Positions 38,489 through 52,074 of a stretch of DNA of 64,000 nt are shown one piece after another (the first letter of the stretch is position 1; every line of letters starts with the position of its first letter). The translations under genes were made by a program, and so were the position numbers. The stretch is from a bacterium (lineage in GTDB: Bacteria > ARS69): NCBI GenBank assembly GCA_046330135.1, contig JAXLTI010000003.1, positions 1,128,221-1,192,220 on the forward strand. The letters run 5' to 3'. Under the pieces are notes generated by a model. It was given only the letters and a program-made list of their open reading frames with translations, did no database searches and was not told the DNA's origin.

Positions 38489-39974
38489 GGCATCACCGAG
38501 AGCTGCACGGCGCCCGCCAGCTCCTGAATCCGGGTCAACGACGCGCTCGCCGCGTCGAGCACGGGCTGCGGGTAGACCCCGAGCCACACCAACACCACGA
38601 TGAGCGCTCCCAGGATCGCGGTCTCGCGTCCCGAGAGGTCGGGGAAGCGCGCGGAGGTCTTGTTCGGACCCTGGAACGCGCGCTGGAACAGCACGAGCGA
38701 GTAGATGGTGGCGCCCACGAGCCCGGCCGTGGCCACGATCGTCCACGGGATGCTGCGCTGGTAGGAGCCCACGAGGGTCAGGATCTCCGCGACGAAGTTC
38801 CCGAGGCCGGGCAGCCCCATGCCCGCCATCGCGATCACGAGCGCGAGGCCCGCCATCCGCGGCGCCACCGCCGCGAACCCGCCCATGCGCGAGATCTCGC
38901 GCGTGTGGATCCGCTCCTGCAGGAGGCCCACGAAGATGAAGAGCCCGCCCGCGCTGAGGCCGTGGCAGATCATCTGCATCACGACACCCTGCAAGGCGAG
39001 CGGCGTGCCCGCGTAGATGCCGAGCAGGACGAAGCCCAGGTGGCTCACGCTCGTGTACGCCACGAGCCGCTTCAGGTCCGTCTGCACGAACGCCATGATC
39101 GCGCCGTAGACCACGCTGATGGCTCCGAGTCCCATCGCCACCGGCGCGAAGACCCGGGCCGCATCCGGGAAGAGCGGCACGGCGAAGCGGAGCAGACCGT
39201 AGGCGCCCGTCTTCAGGAGCAGCCCGGCGAGGATCACGCTGCCCGCGGTGGGCGCTTCCGTGTGCGCGTCCGGCAGCCACGTGTGGAACGGCAGGGACGG
39301 CAGCTTGACCGCGAACGCCGCGAAGAACCCGAGCATCAGCAGCATCGACATCGCCGCGGGGAGCTGCGTGCCGAGCAGCGCGGGCGCGTCGAACGTGAGC
39401 GTCCCGGTCTGGTCCGCGTGGAAGCGCGCGAGCGTCAGGATGGAGAGCAGCATGAGCAGGCCGCCGGCCTGCGTGAAGAGGAAGAACTTGTTGGCCGCAT
39501 AGGTCCGGTTCTCGTGCCCCCATATCCCGATGAGGAAGTACATCGGGACGACCATCAGCTCCCAGAAGAAGTAGAACAGGAAGAGGTCCAGGGCGAGGAA
39601 CACGCCGAGGATGCCGGCGAGCACCCACATCACGTTGAAGTGGTAGAACCCCACGCGACTCTTGATCTCCGTCCAGCCGCAGCCCACGGAGAGGATGCCT
39701 AGGAAGAGCGTCAGCAGGACCATCAGCCAGCTGAGCCCGTCCATTCCCAGGTGGAATCCGATCCCGAGCGCGGGCATCCAGGGCAGGTGCAGCTCCGCGA
39801 CCCAGTCCGAGGGGAGACCCGCGGACAGGCGAGCGCCGCCGTAGGGCAGCACGAGCAGCAAGTCCACGCCCAGCGCCGCGAGGCACAGCCAGCGCGCGAG
39901 CTTGGGCGCGCGATCCCCCACGAAGCCCGCCACGGTCCCGGCCGCCAGCAGGATGAGGATCAGGACGAGGAGGA

Positions 39975-39978
<4 letters not shown>
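38485..39978 (-). CDS. nuoM: NADH-quinone oxidoreductase subunit M
   Basis: Antiporter-like subunit. Start approximate (about VILLVLILILLAAG). Confidence 0.7.
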
Positions 39979-41950
<1,972 letters not shown>

Positions 41951-41951
<1 letters not shown>

Positions 41952-42259
41952 CAGCCTCTCATCGAGCTCGCGCTGTCGGCGTCGAGCGTGCGGAACCGCT
42001 GGTGGAGGAGGATCACGAGGGCGAGCCCCACGGACACTTCCGAGGCCGCCATCGCGAGGATGAAGAGGAACATGATCTGGCCGTCCGCGGCGCCCCACCG
42101 TGAGCTGGCCGCCACGAAGGCCAGGCCGGCCGCGTTCAGCATGATCTCCACGGAGATCAGCATGAAGAGGAGGTTCCGGCGGACCAGGAGCCCGGTCAGC
42201 CCGAGCGCGAACAGCACGGCGGCCACGACGAGCACGGAGGGAAGCGGAATCGGCGTCAT
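41951..42259 (-). CDS. nuoK: NADH-quinone oxidoreductase subunit K
   Basis: 102 aa, three TM helices ([43 protein letters not shown]...). Confidence 0.8.
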
Positions 42260-42768
42260 CGCCCTTCGCCCCTCTCCGCCATGTCCTTCCGTCCGAGGTG
42301 ATACGCGCCGACGAGCCCGGCGAGCAGCAGCATGGACGCGATCTCGACGCCCAGCAGATACGGTCCGAAGAGCGCCACGCCCACTTCCTTCGGCTCGACG
42401 CGCGTGGCGCCCGTCAACGCGGTGCCGCCGCTCGCGAACACCCACACGAGCTCGGCCGCGAGGACGATCCCGAGGATGGTGGGGCCGATCCACATGTGGG
42501 GCCGGAGCCACCGGCGCTCCTCGTCGACGCCTTGCTGCCCGAGATTCAGGAGCATCACGGCGAAGAGGAAGAGCACGATGATGGCGCCCGCGTAGATCAC
42601 GACCTCGAGGACGGCCACGAACGGCGCGCCGAGGAGCAGGAACAGGAACGCCGCCGAGAACAGCGATACGACGAAATACAGGAGCGCGTGGACGGCGTTC
42701 ACGCTCGTGATGGCCAGCAACGTGGCCAGCACCGCCACCGCCGACGCCACGTAGAACAGTCCGGTCAC
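42256..42768 (-). CDS. nuoJ: NADH-quinone oxidoreductase subunit J
   Basis: 170 aa membrane subunit in the conserved position. Confidence 0.8.
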   Translation of the reverse strand: MTGLFYVASAVAVLATLLAITSVNAVHALLYFVVSLFSAAFLFLLLGAPFVAVLEVVIYAGAIIVLFLFAVMLLNLGQQGVDEERRWLRPHMWIGPTILGIVLAAELVWVFASGGTALTGATRVEPKEVGVALFGPYLLGVEIASMLLLAGLVGAYHLGRKDMAERGEGR

Positions 42769-42787
42769 TCGGTTCCTCCCGCGCCCG

Positions 42788-43303
42788 TCACGGCAACAGG
42801 CTCTTCACGTCGACGGGCGGCGCCTCGTTCTCCGCCTCGCCCTTCTTCTTGCCGCCGATCGCGAGACCCGCGACGCGGTAGAAGTTGTACCCCGGGTACT
42901 TGCCGGGACCCGAGATGAGCAGGTCTTCCTTCTCGTACACGAGGTTCGTCCGCTTGTACTCGCCCATCTCGAAGTCCGGCGTCAGCTGGATCGCGTACGT
43001 GGGGCACGCGTCCTCGCAGAAGCCGCAGAAGATGCAGCGCGAGAAGTTGATGCGGAACGTCTCCGGGTAGCGCCGCCCCGTGGGGTCCTCCGTGGCCTGC
43101 AGCGCGATGCAGTCCACCGGGCACGCCACCGCGCACAGGTAGCACGCCACGCAGCGCTCCGCGCCGTCCGGGTCCCGGGACAGGATGATCCGGCCGCGCC
43201 AGCGCGGCGCGAGGTACGGCTTCTGCTCCGGATACTGCACCGTGACCTTCTTCTTGAAGGCCTGGATGAACACCTTCCACAAGGTGGCGATGATGCTCAG
43301 CAT
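42788..43303 (-). CDS. nuoI: NADH-quinone oxidoreductase subunit I
   Basis: Two 4Fe-4S ferredoxin motifs ([24 protein letters not shown]). Confidence 0.9.
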   Translation of the reverse strand: MLSIIATLWKVFIQAFKKKVTVQYPEQKPYLAPRWRGRIILSRDPDGAERCVACYLCAVACPVDCIALQATEDPTGRRYPETFRINFSRCIFCGFCEDACPTYAIQLTPDFEMGEYKRTNLVYEKEDLLISGPGKYPGYNFYRVAGLAIGGKKKGEAENEAPPVDVKSLLP

Positions 43304-43322
43304 GCGGCGCGCACCTCCGTCG

Positions 43323-44261
43323 TCATCGCGTCAGCACCCAGGCGCCCGTGATCAGCAGGTTCGCGAGCGTGAGCGGGAGCATGAGCTTCCACCCGAAGGC
43401 CATGAACTGGTCGTACCGCGGCCGCGGCAGGGCCGCGCGCAGCAGGATGAAGAACCCGATGAAGATCATGGTCTTGATCAGGAACCAGGCGATCGGGGGC
43501 AGGAAGGCCGGCCCGAACCAGCCGCCGAAGAAGAGGCACGTGAGCAGCGCGGCGATGAGGATCATGCCGAGGTACTCGCCCACGAAGAACATCGCGAACT
43601 TCATCCCCGAGTACTCGGAGTGGTACCCCGCCACGAGCTCGCTCTCCGCCTCCGGAAGATCGAACGGCATGCGGTGGGTCTCCGCGAGGCCGGCGATCAT
43701 GAAGACGAAGAAGCCGAGGAACTGCGGGAAGACGAACCACACGTGCCGCTGCGCCTCGACGATCTCGCCGAGCCGGAACGTCCCGGTCATCATCACGACG
43801 CCGATCAGCGAGAGGCCCATGAAGACCTCGTAGCTGATCATCTGCGCCGCGGAGCGCATGCCGCCGAGCAGGGAGTACTTGCTGCGCGAGGACCAGCCCG
43901 CCAGCACCACGCTGTACGCGCCGAGCGACGACATCGCGAGGAAGAAGAGGATGCCCACGTCCAGGTCGGCGACCACGACGCCCGGCGCGAACGGGAGGAT
44001 CGCGAAGGACATCAGCGTGCTGAACACCACGATGGCCGGCGCGATCACGAACACGGGCTTGTCCGCGAAGGGCGGGATCCAGTCCTCCTTCGCGAGCAGC
44101 TTCAGCATGTCCGCGACCACCTGGAGGAGGCCGAAGGGTCCCACGCGATTCGGGCCCCAGCGCTCCTGGCAGTACGCGAGGAGCTTCCGCTCGATGTAGA
44201 TGAGGGACGACGCGAGCCCCATGGAGGCCGTGAGGACGCCGAGCACGGTGACGATGGTCAT
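43323..44261 (-). CDS. nuoH: NADH-quinone oxidoreductase subunit H
   Basis: Start at MTIVTVLG (an alternative GTG at 44276 is possible). Motif [24 protein letters not shown]. Confidence 0.8.
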   Translation of the reverse strand: MTIVTVLGVLTASMGLASSLIYIERKLLAYCQERWGPNRVGPFGLLQVVADMLKLLAKEDWIPPFADKPVFVIAPAIVVFSTLMSFAILPFAPGVVVADLDVGILFFLAMSSLGAYSVVLAGWSSRSKYSLLGGMRSAAQMISYEVFMGLSLIGVVMMTGTFRLGEIVEAQRHVWFVFPQFLGFFVFMIAGLAETHRMPFDLPEAESELVAGYHSEYSGMKFAMFFVGEYLGMILIAALLTCLFFGGWFGPAFLPPIAWFLIKTMIFIGFFILLRAALPRPRYDQFMAFGWKLMLPLTLANLLITGAWVLTR

Positions 44262-44272
44262 GACCAGGGGAT

Positions 44273-46990
44273 TCACTTCGCGATCCTCCCCCAGGACGGA
44301 AGGTCCACGACGGGCACGCCGCTCATGCCGAGCGGCAGCCCGGCCACGCCGCGCGGCAACCCTTCGGCCACGCGGACGGGGAGCCGGGCGACGACGTCGC
44401 CGCAGGTCACCGCCGCCTCGCCGTTGCCGCCGGAGGCGGCGAGCGCCGCCGCGTCCTCCGCCGAGAGGGCGACGTACGCCCCGGGCGAGAGCGCGGCCAC
44501 GCCCGCCGAGAGCGCGCTCAGCTCCTCGGAGCCGAACGTGTGGACGAGCGGGACGAGGAGCCACTCGCCGTCGCGGCGGCGGAAGGGCTCCGCGGGCGCC
44601 GCAGCGTAGCGTGGGCGGGCGCCGCTCGTGGGCTCCAGGAGCCGCACGCCCGAGTCCCCGCCGCGGAGATGCCCGCCGACCTCTTCCTGGAAGCGGTTGA
44701 GGGACTGGATGGAGTTCCAGCCCGGCGCCCAGAAGTTCGCGGTCACGGCCGCCGGCGCCTGGCCCTCGAACCCCTCCATGGAGAAGGACAACGGGGAGTC
44801 CGGATCGGTGGGCGGCTTCGGCTCGTGCATGCTGAGGTGCGCGTTCATCGCGGTGCGCCCGCTGTAACGGTGCGTTTCGCGCGGGATCTTCTCGCCGTGG
44901 ATCCGGAGGTCCGCGGGCGGCGCGGCTTTCGCGATCTCCCGGCAGCGGGGGAGCGCGGCGGCCACCGCGGCCGTGGCGTCATCCAGGCGCTCCCATCCGC
45001 CGAGCGCGGCGTCGCCGGCCCCCGCGCGCGCGACGTCGCGCAGCCAGCGCCAGCTCTCGAGGATGTCCGTCTCGGGCACGAAGACCTGGTAGAAGCGCTG
45101 CGCGCGACCCTCGTGGCTCACGAGAGTCCCGTCCGCCTCGGCGAAGGTCCCCACGGACAGGACGACCTCGGCCCGCTCCGCGGTGGGCGTGATCAGGTGG
45201 TCCAGGACCACCACGTGCTTCGCCGAAGAGAGGAAGCGCTCCACGTCCGCCGCGCCCGCGCGGCGGAAGAGATCGTTCTCGAGGACGACCACCACGTCCG
45301 CGCTTCCGCCGGACACCGCCGCGAACGCGTCCTCGAGGGCGGGCGCGTCGAAGAGGGCGAGGCCGAGGCTGTTGCACTCCGGCACCACGCAGCACAGCTC
45401 CGCCGGGCCCGTGGCCCGCGCGGCGCCCGCCGCCCACGCCACGGACGCGCCGGCCGCGAGGACCGCCTCGTTCCGCAGCCCCGTTCCCGTCACGATCACC
45501 GGCCGCTTGGCCGCTCGCAGCGCCCCGGCAATCTCGGCGGCGAGGGCGGCGGTCTCGGCCGACAGCCCCGTCACTTCGGGCGCGGCCGGGTCCAGCGCTC
45601 GGGCGACGGCGCCGCCCAGTCGCGCGATGTCCTCCGGCGCTCCGCGGAACGCGCGAGTGGCGATGGGGTCCAGGCGCGTGGCGGCGGGGGTGGCCACGTA
45701 CACCGGCCCCTTCCGCTCCTGCACGAGCGTGCGGATGGCCGCCGCGTTCCATCGCGGGATCTTCAGCTTCTCCGCCACGGCCTCCGGGGCGCGCTTGGCC
45801 GCCTGCCGGATGGCGAGATCCACCAGGGGCGCCGTGTTCGAGACGTCTTCGCCGAGGACGAGGACGGCGTCGCAGGCCTCGATCTCCCGGAGCGACGGCG
45901 TGCGCGAGGGGCCCTCGGCGAGGATCCGGACGGCGGCCGAGGCGAGGGCGGCGTCGCGGCGCGACACGCCCTGGAAGAAGCGCTGCGGCGTCACGAGCGC
46001 ACGTAGCGCGAGGTTCGCCTCCATCGACGCGCGCGGCGACCCGATGCCGATGGCGCGCCCGCCGCGCAGCAGTTCCGCCACGCGACGTACCGCGGTCTCG
46101 TGGTCCGTCTCCGTCCACAGGGCCGTCTCGCCCTTGCGGACGCGCGGCCGGCGCACGCGGCGCTCGTCGTTCACGAAGTCGTAGCCGAAGCGGCCGCGGT
46201 CGCAGAGGAAGTAGCCGTTCACCGCGCCGTGATAGCGGTTCCGGATGCGCCGCAGCTTGCCGTAGCGCTCCCCGGGGATCGTGTTGCAGCCCACGGAGCA
46301 GTGCACGCACACCGAAGGCGCGGTCTGCAGATCCCACTTCCGCGTGTAGTGGCGCTTGAGCGTCTTGTCCGTGAAGACGCCGGTGGGACAGACCTCCACG
46401 AGATTCCCCGAGAACTCGGACTCCAGGACGCCGTCCCGGGCGCGTCCGAAGTAGACGTGGTCGTGCGCCGCGAACGCGGCCAGGTCCTTGCCGCCGGCGT
46501 GCTCCCGGTAGAAGTGCACGCACCGGTAGCACTGGATGCACCGGTTCATCTCGTGGTTCACGAACGGCCCGAGGTTCTGGTTCTCGTAGGTCTTCTTCTC
46601 GAACCGATAGGCCCTCACGCGATGTCCGGTCATCACCGTCATGTCCTGGAGGTGGCACTCGCCGCCCTCGTCGCAGACCGGGCAGTCGTGCGGGTGGTTC
46701 ACCATCAACAGCTCGGTGATGCTCTTCCGGAAGAGGCGCGCCTCGTCGTCCTTCACGGAGATGCGCGTGCCTTCCGCGGCCGGCGTCATGCAGGCCATCA
46801 CGATCTTGCCCTGCGTATCCTTCTCGTCCCGGTACTGCTTGACCGCGCACTGACGGCACGCGCCGACGGACCCGAGCGCCGGATGCCAGCAGAAGTAGGG
46901 GAGGTCCAGCCCCAGCTCGAGGCTGGCTTCGAGCAGGTTCTTCGCGGGATCGACCTCGTGAGCGACCCCCTCGATGAAGATCTTCGCCAT
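44273..46990 (-). CDS. nuoG: NADH-quinone oxidoreductase subunit G
   Basis: Starts MAKIFIEGVAHEV. N-terminal 2Fe-2S and 4Fe-4S Cys clusters followed by a molybdopterin-oxidoreductase-like domain. The track's 1268-aa ORF is nuoG plus a read-through into nuoF. Confidence 0.85.
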   Translation of the reverse strand: MAKIFIEGVAHEVDPAKNLLEASLELGLDLPYFCWHPALGSVGACRQCAVKQYRDEKDTQGKIVMACMTPAAEGTRISVKDDEARLFRKSITELLMVNHPHDCPVCDEGGECHLQDMTVMTGHRVRAYRFEKKTYENQNLGPFVNHEMNRCIQCYRCVHFYREHAGGKDLAAFAAHDHVYFGRARDGVLESEFSGNLVEVCPTGVFTDKTLKRHYTRKWDLQTAPSVCVHCSVGCNTIPGERYGKLRRIRNRYHGAVNGYFLCDRGRFGYDFVNDERRVRRPRVRKGETALWTETDHETAVRRVAELLRGGRAIGIGSPRASMEANLALRALVTPQRFFQGVSRRDAALASAAVRILAEGPSRTPSLREIEACDAVLVLGEDVSNTAPLVDLAIRQAAKRAPEAVAEKLKIPRWNAAAIRTLVQERKGPVYVATPAATRLDPIATRAFRGAPEDIARLGGAVARALDPAAPEVTGLSAETAALAAEIAGALRAAKRPVIVTGTGLRNEAVLAAGASVAWAAGAARATGPAELCCVVPECNSLGLALFDAPALEDAFAAVSGGSADVVVVLENDLFRRAGAADVERFLSSAKHVVVLDHLITPTAERAEVVLSVGTFAEADGTLVSHEGRAQRFYQVFVPETDILESWRWLRDVARAGAGDAALGGWERLDDATAAVAAALPRCREIAKAAPPADLRIHGEKIPRETHRYSGRTAMNAHLSMHEPKPPTDPDSPLSFSMEGFEGQAPAAVTANFWAPGWNSIQSLNRFQEEVGGHLRGGDSGVRLLEPTSGARPRYAAAPAEPFRRRDGEWLLVPLVHTFGSEELSALSAGVAALSPGAYVALSAEDAAALAASGGNGEAAVTCGDVVARLPVRVAEGLPRGVAGLPLGMSGVPVVDLPSWGRIAK

Positions 46991-48270
46991 CAGTGCGCTC
47001 TCCAGGGACACCGCTTCTCGCGGAGGTGACGCTCGAAATCTTCCCGGAAGTAGCGCAGCCCGCTCTGCAGCGGGTCGGCGGCGCCGGGGGCGAGCGCGCA
47101 GAACGTGTTGCCGGGTCCGAGCAGGCGGCACTGGAAGGCGAGCCGCTCCAGATCGCCCGCTTCCCCGTGACCGTCGTCGATGGCCTTCAGGAGCTTCGCC
47201 GTCCACGGGAGACCGTCCCGGCACGGCGTGCACCAGCCGCAAGACTCCTGCGCGAAGAACGCCTCCATGTTGTGGAGCATGGACACCGGACAGGACTTGT
47301 CGTCGAGGACGATCATGGTGCCCGTGCCCAGCCGGCTGCCCGCCTTCGCGACCGAGTCGAAGTCCATCTTCACGTCGAGGTGCTCGGGCAGGAGGAACGC
47401 GGTGGAAGCGCCGCCGGGGAGAAGGCCGCGGAGGCCGTGGCCGTCCCGCATGCCGCCGGCCTTCTCCTCGAGGATCTCGCGCAGCGGCGTGCCCATGGGC
47501 AGCTCCCAGAGGCCGGGCCGCTTCACCTTCCCGCTCACGCCGTAGATCTTCGTGCCGGCGTCCGGGGACGCGCTGAGCTTCTTGTACCACTCCGGGCCGT
47601 TGCGCACGATGCCCGGCAAGTTGCACAGGGTCTCGACGTTCTGGACGATCGTGGGCTTCCCGAACAGGCCGGAGACCTGGGGGAACGGCGGCTTGGCGCG
47701 CGGGTTCGCCCGCTTGCCCTCGAGCGCGTTGATCAGGCCCGTCTCCTCGCCGCACATGTAGCGCCCCGCGCTGATGTGCAAGTGGAGATCCAGCGACCAG
47801 TCGCCGCCGAGGACGTTGCGCCCGAGGTAGCCGGCGGCGGTGGCCTCGGCGATCGCCTTGCGGATCCGCGCCTCCGCCACCTGGTAGCCCCAGCGCAGGA
47901 AGATGAAGGCCGTGTCCGCATCCAGCGCGTAGGCGGCGAGGATCATCCCCTCGAGGAAGAGGTGCGGATCCCCTTCCATCAGCAGACGGTCCTTGAACGT
48001 GCCCGGCTCCATCTCGTCCGCGTTGGCCACGAGGTACTTCGGCCGGGGCGCGTCCGGCCCCATCGGCACGAAGCTCCACTTCATTCCGGTGGGGAAGCCC
48101 GCCCCGCCGCGGCCGCGGAGGCCGGAGTCCTTCACGATCTGCGTCACGTCCTCGTGGCGCACCTTGCCGACCGTCTTCCGCACCGCCTCGTAGCCGCCGG
48201 CGCGCTCGTAGGCCTTCAGGTCCGGCGGCTCGACGCCTTCGCGGATGTTGCGGGTCAGGTGGAGTTCCAT
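46990..48270 (-). CDS. nuoF: NADH-quinone oxidoreductase subunit F
   Basis: FMN/NADH-binding motifs (GRGGAGFPTGMKW) and a C-terminal 4Fe-4S Cys motif. Confidence 0.9.
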   Translation of the reverse strand: MELHLTRNIREGVEPPDLKAYERAGGYEAVRKTVGKVRHEDVTQIVKDSGLRGRGGAGFPTGMKWSFVPMGPDAPRPKYLVANADEMEPGTFKDRLLMEGDPHLFLEGMILAAYALDADTAFIFLRWGYQVAEARIRKAIAEATAAGYLGRNVLGGDWSLDLHLHISAGRYMCGEETGLINALEGKRANPRAKPPFPQVSGLFGKPTIVQNVETLCNLPGIVRNGPEWYKKLSASPDAGTKIYGVSGKVKRPGLWELPMGTPLREILEEKAGGMRDGHGLRGLLPGGASTAFLLPEHLDVKMDFDSVAKAGSRLGTGTMIVLDDKSCPVSMLHNMEAFFAQESCGWCTPCRDGLPWTAKLLKAIDDGHGEAGDLERLAFQCRLLGPGNTFCALAPGAADPLQSGLRYFREDFERHLREKRCPWRAH

Positions 48271-48271
48271 C

Positions 48272-48742
48272 TCACTCGTACCTCGCGAGGATCCCGTCGA
48301 GGTCCTCGACCTTCAGGTCGCGGTAGAGGTCCTCGCCGACGAACATCGCCGGCGCGCGGTCGCAGGTGCCGAGGCAGCAGATGGGCAGGAGCGTGAAGCG
48401 GCCGTCCGGCGTGGTCTGGCCGTACTCGATGCCCAGCTTGCGCACGAGCGCCTGCTTCAAGCCCTCGTAGCCCATGAGCCAGCAGCTCACGCTGTCGCAG
48501 ACGTGGATGACGTACCGGCCCACCGGGCGCCGGTAGATCATGTTGTAGAACGTCGCGATGCCGTCCAGCTCGTCCGCGCTCATGCCCAGGATCTGGGCGA
48601 TGTCGCGGATGGCCTCGTCGGACACCCAGCCGCGATGCCGCTGCACGATGCGCAGCGCCTCGATGGACGCCGCGCTCTTGTGCGGGAAGATCGGAAGCTC
48701 GTGCTCGATCTCCGCGGTCTCTTCCGGACTCAGCAACTCCAC
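48272..48742 (-). CDS. nuoE: NADH-quinone oxidoreductase subunit E
   Basis: Thioredoxin-like 2Fe-2S subunit (CDSVSC...CLGTC). Confidence 0.9.
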   Translation of the reverse strand: MELLSPEETAEIEHELPIFPHKSAASIEALRIVQRHRGWVSDEAIRDIAQILGMSADELDGIATFYNMIYRRPVGRYVIHVCDSVSCWLMGYEGLKQALVRKLGIEYGQTTPDGRFTLLPICCLGTCDRAPAMFVGEDLYRDLKVEDLDGILARYE

Positions 48743-48767
48743 CCTCCTCGAGGCGCCGCCCCCGAGC

Positions 48768-50549
48768 CTATCGATCGATGTCCGCCAGCACGAAGTCGAT
48801 GCTGCCCAGCAGGACGAGCAGATCCGGCACCATGAGCCCTCGCGCGATCTCCGGCAGCATCTGGATGTGCGCGAACGACGGTGCGCGGATGCGCGTGCGG
48901 TACGAGTGGATCCCGCCGTCGCTCACGCAGTAGTAGCTGTTCAGGCCCTTCGTGGCCTCGATGGTGACGCCGGCCTCGCCGGGCGGGATCACCGGTCCCC
49001 AGCTCACGCCGAGGAAGTGGTGAATGAGCGTCTCGATGTCGTGCATCGTGCGCTCCTTCGGCGGCGGCGTGGCCAGCCAGTGGTCGGCCTTGTACGGGCC
49101 CGAGGGCATGTTGTCCACGCACTGGCGGATGATGCGCAGGCTCTGGCGCATCTCCTCGATGCGCACCACGGAGCGCGCCCAGGAGCAGCCGCCCTGCGCG
49201 GTCGGGACGTCGAACTCGAACTGGTCGTAGCCCGCGTAGGGGCGCGCTTTCCGGAAGTCCCACTCGAAGCCGCATGCGCGGAGGCCCACCCCGGTCACGC
49301 CCCAGTCGATGGCCTGGTCCAGCGTGTACGCGCCCACGTCCTTCGTGCGCCCGAGGAAGATGTCGTTCTTCATGATCGCGGTGTTGTACGTGTCCAGGCG
49401 CGGCGGCAGGTAGTCCAGGAAGTCCCGGAACATCTTCTCCCAGCCTTCCGGGAGATCCTGGGCCGTGCCGCCGATGCGGAACCAGTTCGGGTGCATCCGC
49501 CCGCCGCAGACCGCAGCGACGATGTCGAAGACGCGCTCGCGGTCGTTGAACAGGTAGAACACGGGCGACATCGCGCCGATGTCCTGCGCGAACGTGCCGT
49601 ACCACACGAGGTGGCTGGCGATCCGGAACAGCTCGCACATCATCACGCGGATGACCTTCGCGCGATCCGGCACGGTGATGCCCGCGAGCCGCTCCACCGC
49701 GAGGAGGTAGGGGAGGTTGTTCATCACCCCGCCCAGGTAGTCCACGCGATCGGTGTACGGGATGTACGTGTGCCACGTCTGGCGCTCGGCCATCTTCTCC
49801 GAGCCGCGGTGATGGAAGCCGATCTCGGCGACCGCGTCCGCGATCTCCTCGCCGTCCAGCTGCAGCACGATGCGGAGAACGCCGTGCGTTCCCGGGTGCT
49901 GCGGCCCGATGTTCAGGAACATGAACTCCGTGTCCTCGCTGCGGCGCTTCATGCCCCATTCCTCGGGCTTGAAGACGAGCGCCTCGTGCTCGGCCACCAT
50001 CTTCTCTTCGGGCATCAGGAAGGGCCCGATCTCGGTGGCGCGCGCGGGGTGCTCCTTGCGCAGGGGGTGGCCCGTCCACGTGGAGGGCATGAGGATGCGC
50101 CGGAGGTTCGGGTGCCCGTCGAACTTCACGCCGAACATGTCCCAGACTTCGCGCTCGTACCAGTTGGCGTTCGGCCAGAGGTCGCTGATGGACGGGAGCG
50201 ACGGATACTCGCCGGTCAGCGCCACCTTCAAGCGCACGTCCGCGTTCCGCCCGAAGGACAGCAGCTGGTAGACCACGGTGAAGTCCGCCGGCGGCTGTCC
50301 CTCGCGGTGCGTGCGCGTGCGCTCGTCGATGGCGGTGAGGTCGTACAGCAGGCGGTACGGGCGATCGATCTCGGTCTTGAGGAAGCGGACGGCGTCCCGC
50401 AGCTTGTCCTTCGGGATCCAGAACGTGGGAACGTCGTCCTTCGTGGGCTGCTCGAGGACGTCCACGCCGAGGCGCGCGCGCAGATCCTGCGCGGTCACCG
50501 AGGCCGGGGAGATCCGCCCGGCGGGAACGATCAGCTGCGTAGCGTCCAT
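48768..50549 (-). CDS. nuoCD: NADH-quinone oxidoreductase fused subunit C/D
   Basis: 593 aa. N-terminal 30-kDa (NuoC) region fused to a 49-kDa (NuoD) region ending ...[10 protein letters not shown]. Confidence 0.85.
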   Translation of the reverse strand: MDATQLIVPAGRISPASVTAQDLRARLGVDVLEQPTKDDVPTFWIPKDKLRDAVRFLKTEIDRPYRLLYDLTAIDERTRTHREGQPPADFTVVYQLLSFGRNADVRLKVALTGEYPSLPSISDLWPNANWYEREVWDMFGVKFDGHPNLRRILMPSTWTGHPLRKEHPARATEIGPFLMPEEKMVAEHEALVFKPEEWGMKRRSEDTEFMFLNIGPQHPGTHGVLRIVLQLDGEEIADAVAEIGFHHRGSEKMAERQTWHTYIPYTDRVDYLGGVMNNLPYLLAVERLAGITVPDRAKVIRVMMCELFRIASHLVWYGTFAQDIGAMSPVFYLFNDRERVFDIVAAVCGGRMHPNWFRIGGTAQDLPEGWEKMFRDFLDYLPPRLDTYNTAIMKNDIFLGRTKDVGAYTLDQAIDWGVTGVGLRACGFEWDFRKARPYAGYDQFEFDVPTAQGGCSWARSVVRIEEMRQSLRIIRQCVDNMPSGPYKADHWLATPPPKERTMHDIETLIHHFLGVSWGPVIPPGEAGVTIEATKGLNSYYCVSDGGIHSYRTRIRAPSFAHIQMLPEIARGLMVPDLLVLLGSIDFVLADIDR

Positions 50550-50562
50550 GTCCTCGCGCGCG

Positions 50563-51207
50563 TCAGATTTCGTTCGGGCTGCGGAGCACCGTGGCCGCCA
50601 TCCGCCCGTCCCGCTTCCGGTCGCGGTTCGACGGCATCGACGACTTCACGACGCCCCGATCGGTGATCCACCAGCCGAGCGGGCGCTGCTCCTTGCCGAT
50701 CGACTCGCGCAGGAGCATCAGCCCTTCCAGGAAGGCGTCGGGGCGCGGGGGGCAGCCGGGCACGTACACGTCGACCGGCATGATCTTGTCCACCCCTTGC
50801 ACGACGCTGTAGATGTCGAACATCCCGCCCGAGTTCGAGCAGGAGCCCATCGAGATGACCCAGCGCGGCTCCATCATCTGCTGGTAGAGGCGGCGGATGA
50901 CCGGGGCCATCTTGATGAACGGCGTGCCCGCGATGACCATGAGGTCCGCCTCGCGAGGCGTGCCGCGGATCACTTCGGCGCCGAAGCGCGCCACGTCGTA
51001 GCGGCTGGTGATGCTCGTGGCCATCTCGACGAAGCAGCAGGACAGCCCGAAGCCGAACGGCCATACCGAGTTCTTGCGACCCCACGCGATCAGGTCCTCG
51101 AGATTCGACAGGATGACGGACCGCTTCACGACGTCGTCCACGCGGGCGTCCGCGGTGGGCAATTCCGCGGCGGGGCGCGGGACGGCCTTCTCGAGGGAGA
51201 ACTTCAT
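50563..51207 (-). CDS. nuoB: NADH-quinone oxidoreductase subunit B
   Basis: Start at MKFSLEK. Motifs GLSCCFVEM ... GSCSNSGG ... VPGCPP. Confidence 0.85.
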   Translation of the reverse strand: MKFSLEKAVPRPAAELPTADARVDDVVKRSVILSNLEDLIAWGRKNSVWPFGFGLSCCFVEMATSITSRYDVARFGAEVIRGTPREADLMVIAGTPFIKMAPVIRRLYQQMMEPRWVISMGSCSNSGGMFDIYSVVQGVDKIMPVDVYVPGCPPRPDAFLEGLMLLRESIGKEQRPLGWWITDRGVVKSSMPSNRDRKRDGRMAATVLRSPNEI

Positions 51208-51626
51208 CGCGGCGCCCCCGCCCCGGCGGCGGTGCGCCCGGCGTCGCGGCTGCGCAGGCGCTTCGTCCGCGCCACCGTGCCCCAATCCAGCGCCCCTTGG
51301 CGCCAGAGGTAGGCGAGCCCGAGCATCAGCACCGCGATGAAGACGATGGCCTCCACGTACCCCGTCCATCCGAGCTCGCGCACGGCCACCGCCCACGCGT
51401 AGAGGAAGACCGCTTCGAGGTCGAAGATCACGAAGAACATCGCCACGAGGTAGAAATGGACGGACAGCCGGCCCTGCGGCGTTCCGGTCGGCACGAGACC
51501 GGACTCGTAGGGCTCGCCCGTGTAGAGCTCGTGGTGGTGCTCTCCGAGGAGCCAGGACGTCACGAGCATCGAGGCGATGAGCCCCAGCACCGCGAGCACG
51601 TGCAGGGCGAGCGGCAGCAACGACAT
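51204..51626 (-). CDS. nuoA: NADH-quinone oxidoreductase subunit A
   Basis: Start at [11 protein letters not shown]. Three TM helices. First gene of the operon. Confidence 0.8.
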   Translation of the reverse strand: MSLLPLALHVLAVLGLIASMLVTSWLLGEHHHELYTGEPYESGLVPTGTPQGRLSVHFYLVAMFFVIFDLEAVFLYAWAVAVRELGWTGYVEAIVFIAVLMLGLAYLWRQGALDWGTVARTKRLRSRDAGRTAAGAGAPR

Positions 51627-52074
51627 CGAGTGGTACGTCCTCCGCGTGTGGGCGAGCCACGCTCGGGGCGCGCCCCGGTACATGGACGCGTGGGGCGTGC
51701 GTCACGAAGTTGGCAAGAAACCACGCCGTGGACTTTCCGTCAACCTCGGCGCGCAAGTCGTGGCGGGAGCGCCATCACGCGTGCCCGCTCGGGCGTTCGC
51801 GGGTATCCTCCACCTGCGGATTCCCGCGGGAGGTCCTCTCGGAAGCGGGGGCTCCCGAGGGAGCGACCGCGCCGGAGTCGGCTCGCCCGCCAGGTTCGGC
51901 CCGGCGACGGATGCGTCGCGCGCGACCCGCGGAGGTTCGAGTGATCTCGTCACGAGACACATCCAAGCCTTTGTCAAAGCGTTGGTTGAGCGTTGCGGTC
52001 GTTCGCGCGGGCACCCGAGCCCGCTGGGCCCGCGCCCTCCGCAGGCGACTGCGTAGCCGGGCGGCGGGAACGTC

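Noticed and set aside
44273-48079. Single 1268-aa minus-strand ORF spanning nuoG and nuoF
   Set aside because: The recognisable NuoG sequence starts at MAKIFIEG (about 46990). The upstream 360 aa is a read-through in an alternate frame of nuoF, which has its own well-conserved frame (46990..48270).
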